Part shown: piece after piece, positions 9,723-18,459 of the stretch
How the letters are laid out: each line of letters starts with the position of its first letter
Numbering within the stretch: the stretch's first letter is position 1
The notes under the pieces: generated by a model
The model's input: the letters and a program-made list of their open reading frames with translations, nothing else
The model's database searches: none
Told to the model about the DNA's origin: nothing
Position numbers and translations under genes: made by a program
Origin: an uncultured Methanomassiliicoccaceae archaeon
GTDB lineage: Archaea; Thermoplasmatota; Thermoplasmata; Methanomassiliicoccales; Methanomassiliicoccaceae
NCBI GenBank assembly: GCA_964477865.1
Contig: CAYZEV010000006.1
Span: 734 to 64,733, forward strand
DNA: 64,000 bases
Reading direction: 5' to 3'

Positions 9723-10835
9723 TCATCCCTTGGGCTTGCCCCTTCTCTTGATCACGACGAAGGATGCGGCTCCTACTACGACCACGACGGCACTGACCAC
9801 CGCGATCAATGTTAACGGCGGGGACCCCCCGGAGCCGTTGCTGTTGCTCTCAGTGACCCTGTCATGGAAGATGGTGACCTCGGGATCGCTCTTCAGGGAT
9901 ACCGTGTCCTTGTACACTAGACCAGGGAAGCCGTGGACGGCATTGGACACTGTCCCGAACATCAGATTGGAGTAACCGATCGAGCCGTACGATCCAGTGG
10001 CGTTGTAGATGGTAAACTCGTTGCTCATGTTCAGCTTGGACATAGTGATAGGCGTCCCTCCGTCGGCCGCGAGATCATAAACTAGGGTCGTGTCGGTGTG
10101 GCTAGATGGAGCTATCGGCCCCTCGGTCCCCATGGCGTGGGCCTTGTGCACCACCATCGCATAGTGGACCTCGGCGGCGAATGGCGTGCCGTCATCGAGC
10201 TCAACACCGTTGGTTATGTCGTACAATCTTGTCCCGTTTAGGTCGAACAACGCCTCCACCTTGACGTCGGTCTGGTTCCAGTCGCAGTAGAAGTGATGAA
10301 TCAGGGTGAGGTTCAGTGTAGAGTGCTTGGACGCGTCAGGGTACAGCAGGTCCAGGCCGTTGTAGGTGATGGCGCAGTCAAAGGTCGGAATCGTCCCATT
10401 GTACACGATCGGGGTGTAGCTGACCTGGAAGTTGTCGCAGGTGGTCAGCGGTGCCTGCAGGGTCTGATGATCGGCGAACGAGATTGCTACGTACATCATC
10501 ATGAACTGGGCGATGTACTCCGTCCCCTTGACCGTGTACATGGTGTTGAACGTGTAGTCGACCCCAGCCGTTCCGTCCGTAGTGATATTCCTTGCCATCA
10601 ACAGAGTCAGCACGCCTCCGTGCCTGACCTCGACAGACCACTTCTCTATGGCCGTCCCTCCGTTCTCCACGTTCACATCGATGGGAACGTTGTACTCGTG
10701 GGTCTCGTGCACCCACGGCTCCGGGACAAGCTCCGCATCAACCGCCTGAGCGGCAGGGAGGGCGACCAACCCTCCGATGATCATCAATCCTGCTAGCATG
10801 ACGGCGGCGGAGTACGGTCGGAAGCGTTCCCACAT
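9723..10835 (-). CDS. Secreted/surface protein with N-terminal signal-like helix and C-terminal TM anchor
   Basis: 370 aa. N-terminus AAVMLAGLMIIGGLVALPAAQA; C-terminus LTLIAVVSAVVVVVGAASFVVIKRRGKPKG. No recognisable catalytic motif. Confidence 0.55.
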   Translation of the reverse strand: MWERFRPYSAAVMLAGLMIIGGLVALPAAQAVDAELVPEPWVHETHEYNVPIDVNVENGGTAIEKWSVEVRHGGVLTLLMARNITTDGTAGVDYTFNTMYTVKGTEYIAQFMMMYVAISFADHQTLQAPLTTCDNFQVSYTPIVYNGTIPTFDCAITYNGLDLLYPDASKHSTLNLTLIHHFYCDWNQTDVKVEALFDLNGTRLYDITNGVELDDGTPFAAEVHYAMVVHKAHAMGTEGPIAPSSHTDTTLVYDLAADGGTPITMSKLNMSNEFTIYNATGSYGSIGYSNLMFGTVSNAVHGFPGLVYKDTVSLKSDPEVTIFHDRVTESNSNGSGGSPPLTLIAVVSAVVVVVGAASFVVIKRRGKPKG

Positions 10836-11181
10836 TGTCGAGTGAAACCCGCTGGACGATAGATATAGTTGCCGTCCTGGTTAGCCTGACTACCTTATGC
10901 TCTTCTTCCTCAGCATCCGTACCCCAACAACACGCAGGGCATTTTTCTTTAATCCAGATAGTTTGACGGGTAGAGATCCCGCTCTGCCCACCAATAACAG
11001 TTTTCGTTGCCATGTTCTCTTTGCTATTACCTTAGCCAGCCTCAAAGAATATACAGGAAAACAGCAGAACACTAAATAATAAAAGAAAAAAGAAAGAAGG
11101 AATAGGTTTTACCGAGCAAGAAGCTAAATTACCAGTCTAGTGCTATTGACCGAGATAATGAACTATCTGGCTTGTCAACGG

Positions 11182-11205
11182 TTCAAATTCAGGCAGACCC
11201 ACCAC
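11182..11205 (+). repeat. Direct copy of tRNA-Pro 3' end (att-like)
   Basis: ttcaaattcAggcagacccaccac matches 9191-9214 at 23 of 24 positions. Confidence 0.75.
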
Positions 11206-11527
11206 GTTCTTCTCCAGTAACTTGACCATCCTCGGATATTGGGATCTTTTTCTTCTGTGCGACCCCTCCCGAGTTCCGCTCGGCCCGGAGCTGTTTGCCG
11301 GCGACGCCCAGTTGGGTCCTCCAATAGGACTTCTGCGTCGTCGTCAGGTCCTTGTGCCGCAGCTGGCGTTGTCCATGGGAACGATAAGAAAACGATGTGA
11401 AACCTGGTTGTTGGAAAAAATGATCGAACGTACCAGGACCTCGGACAACCGGTACTTCGAGATGTTCCGCCGCATGCCACCATTGGCATTCGAGTGATTT
11501 TATAATATGTAACTTTGTTTCCTGGGT
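11189..11527 (-). pseudogene. Tyrosine recombinase relic reading into the att copy
   Basis: My own translation of the minus strand gives ..FTSFSYRSHGQRQLRHKDLTTTQKSYWRTQLG..VTGEERGGSA*. Stop TGA 11189-11191 lies inside the att core, and an upstream in-frame stop is at 11528-11530. There is no start codon. Confidence 0.5.
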
Positions 11528-11561
11528 CTAGATACCCTTAGCCGGCTATCGCCATAATGCG

Positions 11562-12209
11562 GTGAAATACCACATGAAGAACGAGACAGAGAAAAAATTC
11601 AGGAGCGAGCTACGCAGCTTCTTCGGGCTCATCATGCTGAACATGTTGACCGTTATTATGGCCATAGGCTTAGGCATCGTACTGAGCGTGACGATACTGA
11701 TACAAGGGGTGCAGTCGGGTGACCTCTTCGCCCCTTCCTTCGTCCTTGTGCCCCTCGGTGTGGCGACCATGGCGTGCGGTGTGTATTGGCTCATCCAAAC
11801 GGTCGATCTGACGAAGGACGTGTCGGACATCCGCAAGGCCTACGGGGACCTGCCTAAGGGCGAGACCGGGGATGTGACCATAACTGCCCTGATAATCAAG
11901 ATGACGGCACTCTACCGGGCGAACCGACCCTTGATAGCGAAGATGAAGGTCCTGGGCACGATCGGTGGAATGACCCTCATCATGCTGGGGGGGTTCCTAA
12001 TCGTCAGCGAGATATGGGCGATACAGACCTCGGGTTTCGTTCTGGATAGCATCGACTATCTCATCAATGGGAGCATTACGATCGCAGTAGGCGTGGCGGG
12101 GTTGCTCACCGCCCGTTATTTTTCCATTTACTCCAAGGTCTGGGATGCCAGGATGACAGAGACGGCCAAGATCGAGGATGTCCTGAGGCAAAAGCTGGAG
12201 GGCATCTGA
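11562..12209 (+). CDS. Integral membrane protein, unknown function
   Basis: 215 aa, 4-5 hydrophobic helices. GTG start, with an in-frame ATG at 11574. The stop is directly followed by the next ATG (tgaATG). Confidence 0.55.
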   Translation: MKYHMKNETEKKFRSELRSFFGLIMLNMLTVIMAIGLGIVLSVTILIQGVQSGDLFAPSFVLVPLGVATMACGVYWLIQTVDLTKDVSDIRKAYGDLPKGETGDVTITALIIKMTALYRANRPLIAKMKVLGTIGGMTLIMLGGFLIVSEIWAIQTSGFVLDSIDYLINGSITIAVGVAGLLTARYFSIYSKVWDARMTETAKIEDVLRQKLEGI

Positions 12210-12485
12210 ATGAAGGGAAGGCGCTCCTCCTACGAGATCTACTGGGAGATTCTGGTTTATTGCAGGGAGCCGAAGAGCTTCACAAACATTGTCAACCGTT
12301 GCGACCTCAACTCCAAGATAGGCCAACAGCACCTGGGCTTCCTGGTCGGGAAGAGTTACCTAAGGACCGAGGACAAGGGCGATAGAACGAACTACACCAC
12401 CACGCCGAAGGCGGAGGAGTATGTCGCCCTTTTCTCGAAGATGTATGGCGAACTGTTTGATGAACTTCCTGGGTTCAAGCTATGA
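12210..12485 (+). CDS. Small winged-helix DNA-binding protein
   Basis: 91 aa. The pattern ..YEIYWEILVYC..KSFTNIVNRCDLNSKIGQQHLGFLVGKSYL..Y..T.KAEEY resembles archaeal wHTH regulators. It appears translationally coupled to the upstream membrane protein. Confidence 0.55.
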   Translation: MKGRRSSYEIYWEILVYCREPKSFTNIVNRCDLNSKIGQQHLGFLVGKSYLRTEDKGDRTNYTTTPKAEEYVALFSKMYGELFDELPGFKL

Positions 12486-12778
12486 TGGGAGATATCATCC
12501 ATTCATTTCTACATCCTATTCGGAGAGTATTGATCATCGAGGAGCAATTATCGGAAACAGGGCTTAGTCATAACAAAAAGGGTACTGGAATTTTACTCAG
12601 CATAAAATCAAGATGTAAGCTCAAGCTAATGATTTTGTGTTTCCGCATTGGCGCGCTGCCTAGTACCGCTTTTCAACAATGATTTAGCGTTGCCCTGTTC
12701 GGGGCGATCAGCTCGGTGGTGGGCCTCGCCGGGGACCCGGTTGGTAACATTTAAATATGGAAAGTTGATATTGTTGCT

Positions 12779-13147
12779 ATGGTGATTATGGTGACAAGCA
12801 ACACAGGCACCAATGAACCGATAAATGACTCAAGATTCAAAGAGAATCTGCGGAGCCAGCTTCAAGAAAGGGAAGCCCGCTCGCCGGAATGGTACAAGAT
12901 CGAAGCTGAACGACAGGCGGCCGAAGAGGATGCGGCGTTGTTCGAGGCGCATATGTCGATACCCTTCGTCAGAACCGCGCTCAAGTGGATCGGCGGGACG
13001 ATCGGCACGCTACTCTTCACATTCGGTCTGTTATGGTTCCTATCCTTCTTCGGCCTGGTCCTGCCTTGGTATGTGGTCTTTCCTCTGCTCATCATGATCG
13101 TCGGGGGTGCTTTCATTGTGGCCGCGGCAACCCGGAAAAGGAGGTAA
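12779..13147 (+). CDS. Membrane protein, unknown function
   Basis: 122 aa with a charged N-terminal half and two C-terminal TM helices ending in RKRR. Confidence 0.45.
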   Translation: MVIMVTSNTGTNEPINDSRFKENLRSQLQEREARSPEWYKIEAERQAAEEDAALFEAHMSIPFVRTALKWIGGTIGTLLFTFGLLWFLSFFGLVLPWYVVFPLLIMIVGGAFIVAAATRKRR

Positions 13148-13153
13148 GATACC

Positions 13154-13537
13154 GTGACCGATGTTACAATCAGGGGAATTGATGACGAGATCTACGCTCG
13201 TTTTTCCGCCGAGGCGAAGAAACGGGGTGTGCCCATAGGTGAACTGGCCACCTTGGTGATGCGGGCTCTGGTCGACGAGACCAGCACCCGGACCTATCGG
13301 ATCGGGGACCTGGCGGACCTAAGCGTATCAAAGAAGGACCTGGACTCTCTTGATGGAATGGTCACTTTCTTCAACATCAAAACGCTCGAGTTCGAAGATG
13401 GGATAGAATGGGACACGTTCGACAAGCACGTTGGAGCGATCGTGAACGTGGGAACCGTGAAAATCCCATCGAAGATCATGAGGTTTCAGGTCCTGACCAA
13501 GTGCAGGACCGTTGGCAAGGTCATTGAATCCAGATAG
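13154..13537 (+). CDS. Ribbon-helix-helix-like (antitoxin-type N-terminus) protein with extra C-terminal domain
   Basis: GTG start. The N-terminus VTIRGIDDEIYARFSAEAKKRGVPIGELATLVMRAL fits RHH/FitA-like antitoxins. The C-terminal ..GTVKIPSKIMRFQVL.. is faintly AbrB-like. Confidence 0.45.
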   Translation: MTDVTIRGIDDEIYARFSAEAKKRGVPIGELATLVMRALVDETSTRTYRIGDLADLSVSKKDLDSLDGMVTFFNIKTLEFEDGIEWDTFDKHVGAIVNVGTVKIPSKIMRFQVLTKCRTVGKVIESR

Positions 13538-13590
13538 ACTATGGCGAACGATGAGAGCAATAGCCCTGATGACAAAACAGGAGTAAGTTC

Positions 13591-14568
13591 ATGAAAGCGA
13601 TTGCATGCACAAAATATGGACCACCTGAAGTCCTGCAGCTCAGAGAAGTGGAAAAACCCGTTCCCAGGGACGATGAGGTACTGGTAAGAGTATGTGCGAC
13701 GACCGTAACGCCAGCGGACTGCGCCTTCCGGAAGGGTAAGCCATTTATCGCCAGATTCTTCACCGGTTTCCTCAGACCCAAATACATACCAGGGGATGTG
13801 CTGGCCGGCGAGATCGAGGCAACTGGCAAAGCTGTCAAGACATTTACAAAGGGTGACCGGGTCTATGGATCAAGTGGTACTGGTTTAGGCGCACAGGCCG
13901 AATACAAATGTCTGTCCGAAGATGAGGCGCTGGCCTTAATGCCCTCCAACATGGACTATGACGATGCTGCCGCCTTCTCTGATGGGGCTTTGACGGCATT
14001 GCCTTTCCTTAGGGACAAGGCGAACATCCAGAGCGGACAAAAGGTCCTCATCAATGGCGCTTCAGGATCTGTCGGAACCATAGCGGTGCAGCTGGCCAAG
14101 TACTTTGGAGCGGAAGTGACCGGGGTATGCAGTACGGCGAATCTAGAACTCGTAGGATCTCTTGGTGCCGATAATGTGATCGACTACACCAAGGAAGATT
14201 TCACCAAGAGCGGCGAGACCTACGATATAATATTCGACGCGGTGGGCAAAAGCTCTTTTTCCCGTTGCAAAGGCTCGCTGAAGGATGGGGGCATCTATCT
14301 CACCACCGTCCCTACGCTGGGAATTATCCTGCGAAGGTTATGGCCTACGAGGTTAAGCGGGAAAAAAGGGAAATTTGCGGCGACGGGTCTGAGACCATCA
14401 AGCGAAAAGACCCAGGATCTTATCTTCCTCAAAGAGCTGGCCGAGGCTGGAAAATTACACGCGGTAATAGATAGAACGTACCCTCTGGAACAGATCGTCG
14501 ATGCGCACAGGTATGTGGACAAAGGACACAAAAAGGGAAATGTGGTCATCGCGATTAATAGGATCTGA
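13591..14568 (+). CDS. Zinc-type/quinone oxidoreductase family NAD(P)-dependent dehydrogenase (MDR), copy 1
   Basis: 325 aa with [15 protein letters not shown] Rossmann motif, GroES-like N-terminus and C-terminal HKKGNVVI. Confidence 0.8.
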   Translation: MKAIACTKYGPPEVLQLREVEKPVPRDDEVLVRVCATTVTPADCAFRKGKPFIARFFTGFLRPKYIPGDVLAGEIEATGKAVKTFTKGDRVYGSSGTGLGAQAEYKCLSEDEALALMPSNMDYDDAAAFSDGALTALPFLRDKANIQSGQKVLINGASGSVGTIAVQLAKYFGAEVTGVCSTANLELVGSLGADNVIDYTKEDFTKSGETYDIIFDAVGKSSFSRCKGSLKDGGIYLTTVPTLGIILRRLWPTRLSGKKGKFAATGLRPSSEKTQDLIFLKELAEAGKLHAVIDRTYPLEQIVDAHRYVDKGHKKGNVVIAINRI

Positions 14569-14604
14569 AAGGCTTATGATCGGAAGTGATCGTGGAGAAA
14601 ACTC

Positions 14605-15585
14605 ATGAAAGCGATGGTATGCACCAGATACGGACCGCCGGAAGTCCTGCAGCTCAGAGAAGTGGAAAAACCCAGTCCCAAAGACGATGAGGTGCTGATA
14701 AAGATACATGCGACGACGGTAACGCCCGCGGACTATAGGGTGCGAGGGTTCCGAGTCCCGCTCTCGTTCTGGCTCCCCGCTCGGCTGGCGATCGGCCTAA
14801 GAAGGCCGAAGAAACCCATACTGGGGGCGGAGCTGTCCGGGGAGATCGAGGCAGTGGGCAAGGAGGTAAGACAGTTCAAGAAAGGCGACCAGGTCTTTGC
14901 ATTGACCGGGCACCACGGGGGAGCCTATGCCGAGTACACCTGCATGCCCGAGAATGGAGTTATCACCGGGATACCGTCCAATATGGCCTACCAACAGGCC
15001 GCCACGGTCCCCATGGGAGGGCTTACCTCATTGTTTTTCCTCAGGAAGGCCAATATCCAGCACGGACAAAAGGTCCTCATATACGGAGCATCGGGAAGCG
15101 TGGGCACGTTCGCCGTGCAGCTGGCCAAGCACTTCGGAGCTGAAGTGACCGGGGTATGCAGTACGGCGAACCTCGACCTGGTGAGATCCTTGGGAGCCGA
15201 TAGGGTCATCGACTACACCAAGGAAGATTTCACCAAGAGCGGCGAGACCTACGACGTCATCTTTGACGCCGTGGGCAAGAGCCCGTATTCCGGCAGCATC
15301 AGATCGCTAAAGAAAGAGGGGACCTTCCTTCATGCCGTCGCCACGCCAGCGGTAAGTGCTAGAATGAGATGGACCGCCCTGACGAGCGGTAAGAAGATGG
15401 TGGGCGGGACAACAAACGAGAGGACCGAATGTCTGATCTACCTCAGGGAGCTCATCGAGGCGGGAAAGCTGAGAACGGTCATCGATAGAACGTATCCTCT
15501 GGAACAGATCGTCGATGCTCACCGGTATGCGGACCAGGGACATAAGAAGGGGAATGTCGCTATAACCATGGACCACAGCAATTAG
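14605..15585 (+). CDS. MDR-family NAD(P)-dependent oxidoreductase, copy 2 (tandem paralogue)
   Basis: 326 aa with [15 protein letters not shown]. It shares long identical nucleotide tracts with copy 1. Confidence 0.8.
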   Translation: MKAMVCTRYGPPEVLQLREVEKPSPKDDEVLIKIHATTVTPADYRVRGFRVPLSFWLPARLAIGLRRPKKPILGAELSGEIEAVGKEVRQFKKGDQVFALTGHHGGAYAEYTCMPENGVITGIPSNMAYQQAATVPMGGLTSLFFLRKANIQHGQKVLIYGASGSVGTFAVQLAKHFGAEVTGVCSTANLDLVRSLGADRVIDYTKEDFTKSGETYDVIFDAVGKSPYSGSIRSLKKEGTFLHAVATPAVSARMRWTALTSGKKMVGGTTNERTECLIYLRELIEAGKLRTVIDRTYPLEQIVDAHRYADQGHKKGNVAITMDHSN

Positions 15586-15594
15586 CAGGAAGGC

Positions 15595-16125
15595 ATGAAA
15601 TTAATGGAAAATGTCAGAGAAGAACTCATCGACCCTCTGCCAAAGGGCTCACTCCTGGTGCTGTTCTCATATCATCAAAATAATACTGAGAAGATCGCTA
15701 ACGTCATCGCCAAGGTACTTGATGCGCCCATAAGAACGCCCCAGCAGATAAAACCAGAAGAGCTTCGGGAGTATGACCTGATAGGCTTCGGCTCCGGCAT
15801 CTATGACGGCAAAAACCATAGATCCCTGCTGGACCTTGCCGATAAACTGCCACCGGTGACCAACGGGAAAGCGTTCATCTTCTCGACCAATGGCACCCCG
15901 GGTAACTTCGGCTCATCGCCCGAGATGGTCGCAAAGAATCACCTATTGCTCAGGGAAAAACTGGCATCCAGGGGATACACCATGATGGATGATTTTTCCT
16001 GCCCGGGCCATAATACGAATAGCTTTCTCAAGCTCTTTGGGGGTATCAACAAGGGTCGGCCTAATGCTGATGACCTCGAACACGCGAAGGTGTTTGCCCA
16101 GAAAATGAAACAGAACCTGCAATAG
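15595..16125 (+). CDS. Flavodoxin-like fold protein
   Basis: 176 aa with ..LLVLFSYHQNNTEKIA.., GFGSGIY and IFSTNGTP, patterns of short flavodoxin-family proteins. Confidence 0.6.
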   Translation: MKLMENVREELIDPLPKGSLLVLFSYHQNNTEKIANVIAKVLDAPIRTPQQIKPEELREYDLIGFGSGIYDGKNHRSLLDLADKLPPVTNGKAFIFSTNGTPGNFGSSPEMVAKNHLLLREKLASRGYTMMDDFSCPGHNTNSFLKLFGGINKGRPNADDLEHAKVFAQKMKQNLQ

Positions 16126-16330
16126 AGGTGAAAAACCATGAATGGCGATATGCAGAGGCTGCCCGCCACCAATGGGCCGACCGCAAACCATTCACGGATT
16201 CACGATGACTACAACCCAACTAAAAATTCGGAAAGATTGTTTAGTTAAGAAAAAAGGGTTTGGATTTACAGCTCCTCACCGTTCCGTGGAATCTCCTCGG
16301 ATAATCGATTTACTGGCTCGTTGTGGCGGG

Positions 16331-16345
16331 TCCGGGCAGACCCAC
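16331..16345 (+). repeat. Degenerate direct copy of tRNA-Pro 3' end (att-like)
   Basis: tCcgggcagacccac matches 9197-9211 at 14 of 15 positions. It is preceded by an arm resembling those left of the other copies (..cggataatcgatttactggctcg..). Confidence 0.5.
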
Positions 16346-16381
16346 TCCCTTCCTATTCATATGGCAATTATCTAATCATTC

Positions 16382-17710
16382 TCAGGTCCCGGTCGCTCCC
16401 TTCTTCGCCGTCCGCTTCTCCATGGCACTCTTCAGAAACAACCCTATGATCATCGCGGTAACGATAGCGACGATGATGAGCCCTTCTAGGTATATGTCGG
16501 TAAATCCTTCGGACGCCACTGCTCCCACCAGGAGTATCGCCGTTAGTGGGCCTCCGAGGAGAAGAGTGAGGGCCGCTCCTTCGATGCAAGTGACCAGAAG
16601 GATTATGGGCAGGCTGGGAAAGGCCAGGCCTATGGCCAGACCGAGCATGGTGCAGGAGAACAAGATCGGGAAGGTAGGGCCGCCCAGGAACCCACCCTTG
16701 AACGCCACGGCCAGGAGTATGATCTTCAAAACCGCATATAGCAAGAGCGTGGCAATACTGAACGTGGCCGCACTTCCGACGATTGTGTGTATCTGGGTCT
16801 CCCCCGAGAAGGCCACGTCCGGGATGAAGTACACGACCACGGCGGTGATGACGCCTGCGACAAGGGCGCGTAGGACCACTTTCTCTTTGAACCTCGCCAT
16901 AAACTTCCCAACGAGCTGGAACGCTATGGCCAGGAATACCACCAGAAGCGCACCTATGGCGCCCAGTATGATTGCATAGACCACGAACACGGCGTTCTGG
17001 GTTTGGAGAGGAGGGAAGGGGACTGCGCCCAGGAAGGAGTGCATGCCTGATAGGGTGAAGATGAAGTAACCGATGACCCCGGCGAGCAGGTTCCATCCCA
17101 GGAACACTAGACGATTCTTTTTGGTTCCAGCGATTTCCGTGGCCAACACCGCCGTGAACAATGGAGAACCGATGATGCCATTGTACGCCGAGGCAAGGGC
17201 CGCGGTCGTGAAGCCGGTCCTTGATTCCTTACTGACCTTGAACCTGTCCTCGATCCAGTCGTTAATCTCCACGACTAGAAAACCAAGGGGCCCTTCTGGA
17301 CCCACGGCCACCCCCGAGAGCAAGGATACGAACGAAGAGAACAGCGTTCCAGGGAATCGCTTGTAGCTTACCGCCTCTCCACCTTTTATCGAATCGCTGG
17401 CCGAACCATTGATGACCGTGGGGGCGTTCAAGTATTTTTGGGCCAGGCCGACCAGCAATGAAAAGATAATAGCGCCTAATGGTAGAACCCAGCGGTTGCT
17501 GGCCACGAAATCGTTCTCCCACAGGGCACTGTTTAGAAAATCATAGGCGTACAACCAGATTATGGCGAACACAATCGAAACGACCCCGATGAGGACGACC
17601 ATCCAGATCCTGGGCAGTTCGCCCGTTCCCATTCGGACGATGACATCGGTAAAAGGGCCCTGCTTGGCTGGGGGCACGGCATTGTCCGCGGTCGATTCAG
17701 TGTCGGTCAT
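16382..17710 (-). CDS. ClC-family chloride channel / H+-Cl- antiporter
   Basis: 442 aa, highly hydrophobic, with GVAVGPEGP, GIIGSPLF and GGFLGGPTFP selectivity-filter-like motifs. Confidence 0.8.
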   Translation of the reverse strand: MTDTESTADNAVPPAKQGPFTDVIVRMGTGELPRIWMVVLIGVVSIVFAIIWLYAYDFLNSALWENDFVASNRWVLPLGAIIFSLLVGLAQKYLNAPTVINGSASDSIKGGEAVSYKRFPGTLFSSFVSLLSGVAVGPEGPLGFLVVEINDWIEDRFKVSKESRTGFTTAALASAYNGIIGSPLFTAVLATEIAGTKKNRLVFLGWNLLAGVIGYFIFTLSGMHSFLGAVPFPPLQTQNAVFVVYAIILGAIGALLVVFLAIAFQLVGKFMARFKEKVVLRALVAGVITAVVVYFIPDVAFSGETQIHTIVGSAATFSIATLLLYAVLKIILLAVAFKGGFLGGPTFPILFSCTMLGLAIGLAFPSLPIILLVTCIEGAALTLLLGGPLTAILLVGAVASEGFTDIYLEGLIIVAIVTAMIIGLFLKSAMEKRTAKKGATGT

Positions 17711-17927
17711 AGTGTTGTGACGTCTTTTTTGGCGCTATCGTTGGACGAACTGGAATGTTAGTATTTTGGATGGTCATCTTATTTATAACGAGTCATTTTT
17801 AGGAGCGATGACAGGTAACTGGCCATTCAATAACGAAAAAGAAAAAAGGTTTCCAGCAATCAGCTAAAGTTCGACCTTGGTGCTATTGACCGAGATAATG
17901 AGACATCTGGATGGTCTGAAGTTGAAG

Positions 17928-17944
17928 TTCGGGCAGACCCACCA
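17928..17944 (+). repeat. Direct copy of tRNA-Pro 3' end (att-like)
   Basis: ttcgggcagacccacca is identical to 9197-9213 (17/17). It is followed by attatatccagt, identical to 9217-9228. Confidence 0.75.
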
Positions 17945-18233
17945 TTGATTATATCCAGTAGATCGATTTTCAGCCACTCCCTCGATAGCCGCTTATCCCT
18001 AACCCTAGTTCCCTTGACCAATGCCTAACTCGCCACATACAAGGAGCATCTCAGAAAGACGGCGCCATACTCTATCTGCGGGCATGAGCAGAAGGTCAGG
18101 TTCGCCTTCAATGAAATTTAGACCGAGGGAAAATGCGAGAGCTGCGGTCGAGATGTGTGGTCCAAGCGGCCTCGATTAAGCGTTCCCAGGTAGAAGAATA
18201 AAAGGTAAGATGTTTGTGGGGGCGAAGGGGCAG

Positions 18234-18434
18234 CTAAGGCTTCTTAGTCCGAATGATCACCAGCACGATGGCCATTAGGCCGAGGAGCAGACCCATCGCC
18301 CCTAAGATTAGCGGCAGTGACTCGCTCTTGAGCGTCGAGACGTCGCCCTCGGCCGCCGTCAGGGCCGTTTGCACCGTGGTCAGCGTCGTCTCCGCCGAGT
18401 TCAACTCGGCGATGAGATCATCGAGATCGCTCAT
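18234..18434 (-). CDS. Small tail-anchored coiled-coil membrane protein (tentative)
   Basis: Internal ATG of track ORF 18234..18671. MSDLDDLIAELNSAETTL.. is followed by TM LPLILGAMGLLLGLMAIVLVII and RTKKP. The longer upstream part overlaps the GH15 gene. Confidence 0.35.
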   Translation of the reverse strand: MSDLDDLIAELNSAETTLTTVQTALTAAEGDVSTLKSESLPLILGAMGLLLGLMAIVLVIIRTKKP

Positions 18435-18459
18435 TGGCGTGCGCCCGCCTGGCGTGGAC

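Noticed and set aside
12482-12682. A 66-aa ORF in the AT-rich gap between the wHTH gene and the next membrane-protein gene.
   Set aside because: The product is low-complexity and Leu/Ile/Lys/Ser-rich. There is no SD or promoter-like context and no motif. It is likely a chance ORF in AT-rich spacer.
12700-12745. gctcggtggtgggcctcgcc, a possible inverted (reverse-complement) att-like core. A weak cccaccaataa match also occurs near 10985-11000.
   Set aside because: These match the tRNA 3' end at only about 14/19 and about 10/11 positions. They have no associated conserved arm or integrase relic, and are indistinguishable from chance.
16323-17096. ORFs 16323..16979(+) and 16368..17096(-) overlapping the ClC channel gene.
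   Set aside because: These are alternative frames or the antisense strand of a gene with clear ClC motifs. Their products are low-complexity (Arg/Pro/Ser/Thr-rich).
18040-18200. A zinc-ribbon-like frame (..SICGHEQKVRFAFNEI-TAG-TEGKCESCGRDVW..) with an in-frame TAG. I considered it as a possible pyrrolysine read-through gene, given the methanogen context.
   Set aside because: There is no start codon in frame (the frame opens right after a TAA). The first 'finger' is C-x-H rather than C-x2-C. It lies in the decayed junction of an island segment. TAG is used as an ordinary stop by several genes here (for example 6926-6928, 7866-7868 and 31765-31767).
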